A stretch of DNA of 64,000 nucleotides from Patescibacteria group bacterium (GTDB lineage Bacteria; Patescibacteriota; Minisyncoccia; Phycocordibacterales; UBA9973), in assembly GCA_040384805.1 (NCBI GenBank), contig JAZKIP010000001.1, forward strand, positions 133,864 to 197,863, read 5' to 3'. Below are positions 50,545 through 57,613 of the stretch, piece after piece (the stretch's first letter is position 1; the number at the start of each line of letters is the position of its first letter). Both the position numbers and the translations under genes were made by a program. The notes under the pieces were generated by a model. The model was not told where the DNA came from and did no database searches. It saw nothing but the letters and a program-made list of their open reading frames with translations.

Positions 50545-50919
50545 TTATTCATCTGAGAATTCTTCAAGATCGAGTATGGCAAGCCCTTTGATTCCGTCTG
50601 GTGTCCTGATCCAGTATACGACAGAACTCGAATCAAAACACACTTCTAGATTGGAAATACATGCGTGTATTCGATAGCTGGTGGCAAGATCAGAGGAGCA
50701 ACGGAGTAAGCCATCTCTAAACTCAAACTTGACGGTATAACCATCCGCTAGGGCTTTTATGACTACCGGTGAGCATAGTTCTAATTCTGAAAAAGCTTTC
50801 ATTAAGAAAGGGTAATTGACTTCCTTCATGCTAGGCTGTGATTTCTCCGGATTATTCCGACCGGAATCTGAAGAGGCCGGCATTTCATACTGGCATTGAA
50901 TAGTAGATTTCTGTTCCAT
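50545..50919 (-). CDS. Small hypothetical protein, homologue of 46203-46448
   Basis: DGYTVKF...GLLRC...IRTPDGIKG. Confidence 0.65.
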   Translation of the reverse strand: MEQKSTIQCQYEMPASSDSGRNNPEKSQPSMKEVNYPFLMKAFSELELCSPVVIKALADGYTVKFEFRDGLLRCSSDLATSYRIHACISNLEVCFDSSSVVYWIRTPDGIKGLAILDLEEFSDE

Positions 50920-51183
50920 AACATTATTTTTTAGAGTTTGATAATGTCGGAACAGCCTGCGGAGAGGTTGACAGATCAGTCTATAAATGACAGAATGTCA
51001 TTATGTTACGTAGTGGTGGTACACTATGTAAAATAATCTCTCGGTATGCTGTTACCGAAGGGGTGAACCATCAACAAAATGTTGGTGGTTTTTTTCTTTG
51101 CTAATAGTCTATCCCAATAAAAGAAGAAACAAATGGCTGTAATCCACTGTCTTAATGCTGTTATAAATAAAAAAAATTATTAC
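50911..51183 (+). ncRNA. Candidate structured RNA or regulatory element A, second homologue
   Basis: TCGGTA..TACCGA hairpin; AACCATCAAC..GTTGGTGGTT-Tn terminator. Confidence 0.45.
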
Positions 51184-51264
51184 ATTACTGTATTAAAAGC
51201 TGCGTTAATGGGAAACCGCTTAAAACCGTTGCACAACCTCCTTTTAACGACACTAGTATGCAAG

Positions 51265-52029
51265 CAAAAACCTCTATCTCACCTGGGACCAAATCAAGGA
51301 GGTCGGCGGATCGGTAAACCGGGGGCAGAAAGGGCATGTCGTTGCCTACTGGAAAATGATCTCGAAAGAACAAACCCGAATGGTACACGAGAAAAATGAA
51401 CTTACTCCGCTTCTCCGGTACTACAAAGTGTTTAACATTTCGCAGTGCAGGGACCTTCCCGATAACCTACTTACTCGGGCGGAGACGTTCCCACAGGGTA
51501 TTGACGCTGGCAGTTCTTCCAAAAAGAAAAATTCGATCTTCTGCGAGGCGATCTACAACAACATGCCTCTGCCCCCAGAGATTAAGTATGAATCCCAGAA
51601 GGCTCTCTATGACCCCGCTCAGGATTACGTCAGCATGCTCAGGAAAAAGAGCTATAAAGAGCCTTCAGGCTACTATGCAGCCCTGTTCCATCAGTTGATC
51701 CACGCAACGGCCCATGAAAGTCGCTTGAATAGGACATCGATCTTGGAAATGTCAGAACATGGTGCAGACCCATACAGTATCGAAGAATTGATCGCAGAAA
51801 TGGGAGCCTCATACCTCTGCTATCATGCCGGCATTCTTCCGACCCCAATAGGAGACTATTTCGCCTACCTGAACGGCTGGCTCTGGATAAGCTTCGGCAA
51901 GATACTCACCTTGTTGTTACAGCAAGCGTATATGCGCAGCGGGCGGTTGACTTTATTTTGGGATATAAAGAGGCAACCAGTAAGAAAAAAGAGGAACGGG
52001 AAGGGTCCGCAGCCATCGAAGGGGAATAA
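51265..52029 (+). pseudogene. ardC: ArdC-like protein, 5'-truncated at repeat 6, with frameshifts
   Basis: YLTWDQIKEVGGSV, LRYYKVFNISQC, FHQLIHATAH, EELIAE. Confidence 0.82.
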
Positions 52030-52288
52030 CAAATATTTAACATAATAAGCCCGGATACCGGGCTTTCTTTAATTAAGTGTTAACTATTAGCCATTATAAC
52101 TTGTTATTAAAAATCTCACTAGTTTTTTGAAATTACCTTAGAAAACCTCTAATTTACTACCTTTGCCATCCATTAAAGGAAATAAACATACAGTAAGATT
52201 ATCCTTAATGTGTATATAGGTCGTTTACAATAAGTTAACAAGTGGTACAATAATGGTAAGCTTTTTGTCACCTTAAATTTATTACATT

Positions 52289-52537
52289 ATGAAAAAGTAT
52301 TTCATACCAACGTTTAGACTTCCTTTCTCTTGGAAAGAGAAATTATTGGATAAGGTTGTTTATCAGCCTTATAAGTATTTTAATGGGGTTTATAAGGAAA
52401 CCGGCATTCTTGTCACAGAGAACCAACTAAATGAGATTGTAGAAATATTGTCTCTCAAATTGGTGTCCCAAAAGATGTCCGCTGAACCTGACATTATTGA
52501 AGTAACCGTCAGAAAATTGGACACGGTAGCAGCCTAG
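52289..52537 (+). CDS. Small hypothetical protein
   Basis: 82-aa ORF followed by a terminator hairpin. Confidence 0.6.
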   Translation: MKKYFIPTFRLPFSWKEKLLDKVVYQPYKYFNGVYKETGILVTENQLNEIVEILSLKLVSQKMSAEPDIIEVTVRKLDTVAA

Positions 52538-52571
52538 ACGAATACCATATTTAGGTCCCTTAGGGGACCTT

Positions 52572-53542
52572 TTATTTTATCAGCTTATCGGAGTAAAAAA
52601 TATGATTCATAAATTCACTTATTAACTTAAAATCTGAATTCTTTAATCCGTCAATTAACAGCTTATATATATTCTTTCCTGTAAGGTTTATTCTATGGAT
52701 TACGTTGTTTTTTATGTAAGCAATTTCTTGTAAGTGGTAATCCTCCTTGGTTAAATCATAAAATATCCGGTCTCTATCTTTATTTAGCGCTATAGCTGGT
52801 CCTGAAATTTCGATGTTTGGTTTTTCAGAAAGTATTTTAAGAACTTCCGTAAGACACTGGGCAAAATCAAAAGTTCTGTTGTATAGCTTGTTCAATAACT
52901 CTAACTGATAAAACCAAATTAAATAGCGATTAACTCGCCTAATCTGGATTAATTTGAGATTTCCCTGAAGTGGGTTAAATGAAAACGTAGTTTCAAGTGC
53001 AGTATGAATTGAACTAATGGAATAGTCAATTAATTTACGCGAATCCTTATTTAAAGATTCACTAGCATAAAAAACGATGTCAGTGATAATAGCAAACGCA
53101 TCCGCTTGGTAGTCTGCTTCTTCTACCACTTTCGGAAAATTTCCAATCCCTTGTACCGTTCGCCGATCTAAATTGTGGAACTTATGCAGTGCTTCGTGAA
53201 GCACATAAAGTCGACAAGCTTGATAAAATTTATCATAGTTTAATGGATGATTACCTGTAAGAAATCTGTGATAAATGGATGCGAAGAAATTCACTTTAAT
53301 TTTCCACTGTTTACTGATATCCAAAAAATCTATATCTTGGTCCTCATCTACAAGCCCTTCTACGATGGTATTAGAAAAAAATTGGCTCGTATCATCCAAC
53401 TCAAAATAATTAGAATATACCTCCGCCGGAAATTTCCAATAACTACTATGACAGAATATATCTTCGGGATGAATTTGATATCCGCTTAAAAGGGTTTTAT
53501 ACCACAGCTTCTTATTAAAATCCTGGTTTTTAATAAATTTCT
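52572..53542 (-). pseudogene. HExxH metallopeptidase-like domain, 5'-truncated at repeat 7
   Basis: LHEALH...EEADYQADAFA; the only start is the GTG inside the repeat. Confidence 0.65.
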
Positions 53543-53868
53543 GTTGCACAACCTCCTTTTAACGACACTAGTATGCAAGGATTTTTGAATTGCATTCAAA
53601 TAGCCAAGAAGGTTTTGTATCAGTAGCTTCCTATAGGCTTCTACGAGTAAAACACTATTTCCTCCAGCCGGTAAAGCTGTGTAATATCTTGATTCTAACA
53701 TTCCCCGGTGTAATTAGTTCTGCGACTGATGTGTCTCCATTGTTTTTGTGATAAACAGAATAGGTGCAAAATCAATTTCTACCTTTTCAATTTCGAGCAA
53801 TGTTTGTTCTGTTTGAATATTGTCGTTCATTTTATTATGGGTTGAGTTGTTAATCGATGGCGCCAAAA

Positions 53869-54789
53869 TCAGAAACATTGACGTCCATAGTATTTTTCCC
53901 TTCGCAAAAAAAAATTTTTAAGTTGGTAATATCTTTTGTCTATTAATGACCTGCTTTGACCAGCCCCCGAAATATCATTTTTGGTGACTTTAAACTCATT
54001 ATAAAATGCATCTTTAAATGATTTCGAATTTAAGTCTTCTATTTCTTTGGCTGGATAGTATATCATTACGCATTTGCCTGTTTTAGCATTACCTATATCG
54101 CTGATATGAAGAAAAAGGCCAGCCGCAAACCCAACATGGCCAACATATGAATCAATATCACGTCCACAATTCATAACGTGGTAGGTGGGCTCATTGTTTA
54201 CCTCACTCTGCAGCTGTAGTACGAAGTTAGTACCTTTTATAACAACAGTGCCTTTCCCCCAATTTTTGCCATGGTAGTATTGAACTGTATCACCTATCTC
54301 GTTTTGCCATTTAATGAGAAAGGCAATCCTCCCCAAAATTGCTTCTCCCTCGTTCTCTAAGTTTTCTCTAAACCGGCCGTCCTTGTCATAGAAGCATTCC
54401 CAATAACCGTCGAGTTTTTGTAATTGTAGGATAGAGGATGTCGGAGTGGGTACTTGGCCCCCAGACGAAAAGAATTCACCCCTGTCACATCCATACGCAT
54501 AACGATACATCGTATTTATGAATTTCTTTCGGAAGGTCCGTACACCGTGCTTAGAATGATGAAAAAGAACTGCCAAAGGTTTGTTGGAACGAATGTTAAT
54601 ATTTTTTAGCGCTTTTCCTTTATTGATGGCTTCGTATAATGGATCGTAATTTCGCAAATTGGAGTTTAATATCTTATCAGGATTTTCGATTGCATTTCCT
54701 GTCGTGCTTTTATATTTTTCAATTACTGCCTTTCTAAGTTCGCTTAACTCGTGGTGCTCAAGTGTAATATTCCCAATTTCTGCTGTCAT
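53869..54789 (-). CDS. Hypothetical protein
   Basis: 306-aa ORF in spacer 7. Confidence 0.7.
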   Translation of the reverse strand: MTAEIGNITLEHHELSELRKAVIEKYKSTTGNAIENPDKILNSNLRNYDPLYEAINKGKALKNINIRSNKPLAVLFHHSKHGVRTFRKKFINTMYRYAYGCDRGEFFSSGGQVPTPTSSILQLQKLDGYWECFYDKDGRFRENLENEGEAILGRIAFLIKWQNEIGDTVQYYHGKNWGKGTVVIKGTNFVLQLQSEVNNEPTYHVMNCGRDIDSYVGHVGFAAGLFLHISDIGNAKTGKCVMIYYPAKEIEDLNSKSFKDAFYNEFKVTKNDISGAGQSRSLIDKRYYQLKNFFLRREKYYGRQCF

Positions 54790-54965
54790 TTTTTACCCAG
54801 TTAAGTAAAGTAAATCAGAATTAAGCCCAAAAATACCATTAAATGCACACAATTAGGTAAAAAACTATAGTTTACTCTATGTAGGTGAAATACAATGGTT
54901 AAAATATTTTATTTTTTTAACTTATTTACCTAAATTTGGAATAGGGATACAGGTTTTCTGGCTCT

Positions 54966-55151
54966 TAAAAAAAGAGCCTAACGGTCTAACCACCGTTAAG
55001 CCCTGTAATAGCGGTAGTCTCGTTGACAATTATACCGCCTAGATAACAGTCTAACATGTTTTTCTAGTATAAATAACGTTAGACATATAGTATAGGTTTT
55101 TGTCAACTTGATTAGACCGCTAAGAAGCGATCCGATCAGGTTTTTTTATTT
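54966..55151 (-). ncRNA. Candidate structured RNA B (spacer 7)
   Basis: Homologous to 55861-56047; stems retained despite substitutions. Confidence 0.5.
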
Positions 55152-55860
55152 ATATACACAAAATTAGAAATATACAATATGGTGGCATGGCTACATAAAA
55201 AATTGGGCAGACATCCCCCATAAAGGAAGAATCTGCCCACATGAAATATACCTGCTTTCGCAGACGTACAATTCAACTAGTCATTGCAAATGTATATAAA
55301 GCGGAAGCAGGTTAAAAAATCTTTTTTAACCTGTAATACGCTTTACAATGATAAGCAACATTAACAAGTGTCCTTTCCATGGGCACACCTCCGTTACATC
55401 AGCATCGAGTACAGACGAATTAGTCAGCCTTAAATCGTTGCACAACCTCCTTTTAACGACACTAGTATGCAAGTATTCATTAAGGGGCAGCGCTTCACTA
55501 CGAGGTGTCTGCCCTTTTTGTGTATATATGCGCCATAATATTATATTTGAACGAAAAATAAACAGTCTCAAATAAAAAAAGCCAGACTCGACAATTTATC
55601 TATTGCGGAGAGCTGGCTAAACCGTGTAGTGCTGCTGCTAGACGAACTTGACTTTTTAAGGCATTGAATGATAATATATTAGCAGCGGTTTAGCTTAAAA
55701 TTGATACCGCACAATTCACCGCTCAGGCCACGAACCTGAGCGGTTTTTATTTTTGTCTAAGGATATTGAAATAGGGACGGATAGTAAAGATAAGGGTAAA
55801 CATTTATTCGTTGCACAACCTCCTTTTAACGACACTAGTATGCAAGTATTTGTTTAGTTT

Positions 55861-56047
55861 AAATAAAAAACCTGACCAGATCGCTATTCGTGCGGTCTAA
55901 TCAGGTTGACAAAAAACCTATAATGTTGCCTAACGTTATTTATACTAGAAAAACATGTTAGACTGTTATCTAGGCGGTATAATTGTCAGCCAGACTACCG
56001 CTAATAGGGTTACGACGGTCTGATCACCGCCGGCCCTATTTTTTTAT
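55861..56047 (+). ncRNA. Candidate structured RNA B (spacer 9)
   Basis: CCTGA..TCAGG stem, GCGGTA..TACCGC stem, terminator with T7 tract. Confidence 0.5.
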
Positions 56048-56115
56048 ACTATGTGTATATGATTAAATTTGTTGCACAACCTCCTTTTAACGACACTAGT
56101 ATGCAAGTGCTTGTA

Positions 56116-56451
56116 TTATATATCTTTTTTAGGTTTTTTTCCAATTTTCCCCGAAAGTTGAATGATTTCAAAGGGTGGCATAGCTGCCGCTTTTTCTTTG
56201 GAAAGAATATCAAGATTAATAAAGCAAGATTGGCATAAACTGCTAATAAATACCTTTTCAGTTTTCTTGATGAACAATCCGCTCAAAAGGGTCTGGACTG
56301 TGCGCTTCTCCTTTTGATATAGCGGACCTATGTATAGATTTCTCATAATTGGTTTAAGTCCATAATTCTTACATACGATAACAGCTTTATTCCTATGTCG
56401 CCAATTATTGCTTTCCCAACTGATAATTATAGTCGAAGTGATGTTATTCAT
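56116..56451 (-). CDS. cas2: Divergent Cas2-like protein
   Basis: IIISWE...RHRNKAVIVCKNYGL...LYIG...LCQSC matches the Cas2 layout; overlaps the cas1 stop; ends 8 bp from repeat 10. Confidence 0.75.
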   Translation of the reverse strand: MNNITSTIIISWESNNWRHRNKAVIVCKNYGLKPIMRNLYIGPLYQKEKRTVQTLLSGLFIKKTEKVFISSLCQSCFINLDILSKEKAAAMPPFEIIQLSGKIGKKPKKDI

Positions 56452-57457
56452 TTTTTAAATTAAAAAGCTCTGTAGCATTGAATGCTTTTAGTGTCTTTTC
56501 TTTTCCTTGAAAGAATCGCGCAAGCGATCGCACTTGATCTTCCATGATCTGCTTGAGCGTATACTGTTTGCCTTTCCATATCACTTTTTCCTCCCAACGA
56601 TTTAAAATGGCTTCCGTGATGATAGCTATTCCTTCGGGCGAAAGTTTATATTTACCCTTGCCGATTGATTCAAACAATGACCGTTTACTCATTTTCTTTT
56701 CAATTATGAGCTGAAAGAGCACAGAGTCAACCACCGGCACCCGAAATTCTTCCACCAAATCGCAGACAAGCGCCGGTTTGCCGTACCGTTCTGTATGACA
56801 AAGACCGAAATAAGGATCAAGACCTACATAGAGGCATAATCGTTCCATTTCAGTATACAAAAAACCGTAACCATAATTAATAATATTGTTAAATTTATCC
56901 CCTCGTTTTCTGTCACGACCAGCGAAACGAATCAGTTTCCGAAGAGCAAAGAAATACGTGTTAGCAATTTGTCCTTCAATCCCCATGAGCTGATCTCGAT
57001 TCTTAGGATGATTCGGAATTGTATCTACTGTTTTAAGTATCGCTTCGCATTGTAAGATCTCTGTAGAAAAATCCTTTTTATATTTATAACCCAAATATCG
57101 CAAATGCAATATTTGATTAGTGCATTTACCTTTTATAAAAATCTTGGCAATGCTAAAAGATTCAGGAGATGTGGAAACTTCAAGCTGAGCGCGACGCAAA
57201 CTTGCAATTCCTTTTGGGGCACTTGAAAAGATTCTGCCGATAGGTATAGCGCGAAAATCCATATATACAATATCAACTTCGTGTTTAAGGGCGAGCTCAA
57301 CAGCAGCAGTAGTAAGAGAAGCGGGCCGGAGAATACGTATCTTTTCAACTCGTATCGCCGGATATTCCTTCTTCTCCTTCATCTTTGGGAACGTGAGAAC
57401 AAAACGTTCTCCACTTGCACGAATACTTGTACCATATTCATTGACGATTATATCCAT
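56444..57457 (-). CDS. cas1: CRISPR-associated integrase Cas1
   Basis: LRRAQ, GIEG, NNIINYGYGFL, GLDPYFGLCH, ALVCDLVEEFR with catalytic E/H/E present. Confidence 0.96.
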   Translation of the reverse strand: MDIIVNEYGTSIRASGERFVLTFPKMKEKKEYPAIRVEKIRILRPASLTTAAVELALKHEVDIVYMDFRAIPIGRIFSSAPKGIASLRRAQLEVSTSPESFSIAKIFIKGKCTNQILHLRYLGYKYKKDFSTEILQCEAILKTVDTIPNHPKNRDQLMGIEGQIANTYFFALRKLIRFAGRDRKRGDKFNNIINYGYGFLYTEMERLCLYVGLDPYFGLCHTERYGKPALVCDLVEEFRVPVVDSVLFQLIIEKKMSKRSLFESIGKGKYKLSPEGIAIITEAILNRWEEKVIWKGKQYTLKQIMEDQVRSLARFFQGKEKTLKAFNATELFNLKNE

Positions 57458-57503
57458 ATATTTTAGGGATAAATAATAAACACATTATATTACAGAACGT
57501 CCA

Positions 57504-57613
57504 ATTTGTCAATAATATCTATTCACTGTTATAATGACCCAATCATGGATTCAAAGTTTATTCACCTCCACACTCATTCCCACTATTCCCTCCTCGACGG
57601 ATTGTCCAAAATC
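57504..57613 (+). repeat. Right direct repeat (attR-like) containing the dnaE promoter (TGnTATAAT) and start
   Basis: Matches 44458-44567. Confidence 0.95.

Larger units (their letters stand above)
45261..56107. CRISPR. CRISPR-like array: 10 identical 37-bp repeats with 9 giant spacers (224-2278 bp)
   Basis: GTTGCACAACCTCCTTTTAACGACACTAGTATGCAAG at 45261, 46483, 46791, 48760, 49680, 51228, 53543, 55437, 55810 and 56071; adjacent to cas2-cas1. Confidence 0.9.
44458..57613. mobile_element. Genomic island inserted at the dnaE 5' end, carrying cas1-cas2 and a giant-spacer array
   Basis: Flanking 110-bp direct repeats, AT-rich heterogeneous content, no integrase or transposase recognised. Confidence 0.8.

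Noticed and set aside
51133-51399. Short ORFs spanning repeats (also 53486-53701, 55326-55575, 56053-56238)
   Set aside because: Explained by the repeat being open in four frames; no independent coding evidence.
45261-56107. Conventional immune CRISPR array
   Set aside because: No spacer is shorter than 224 bp and no effector or processing gene is in the window.
45240-56115. Conserved PAM or end motif at spacer termini
   Set aside because: Ends left of the repeats are often TTAA/TAAA-rich but not position-fixed, and the background is AT-rich; the right sides show no consensus.
44568-57503. Classical integron
   Set aside because: No IntI/tyrosine recombinase; repeats are invariant and lack attC RYYYAAC...GTTRRRY architecture; genes are truncated and in mixed orientation.
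44458-57613. Casposon
   Set aside because: No family B polymerase or terminal inverted repeats seen; cas1 is coupled to a cas2-like gene; the 110-bp flank is much longer than a casposon target duplication.
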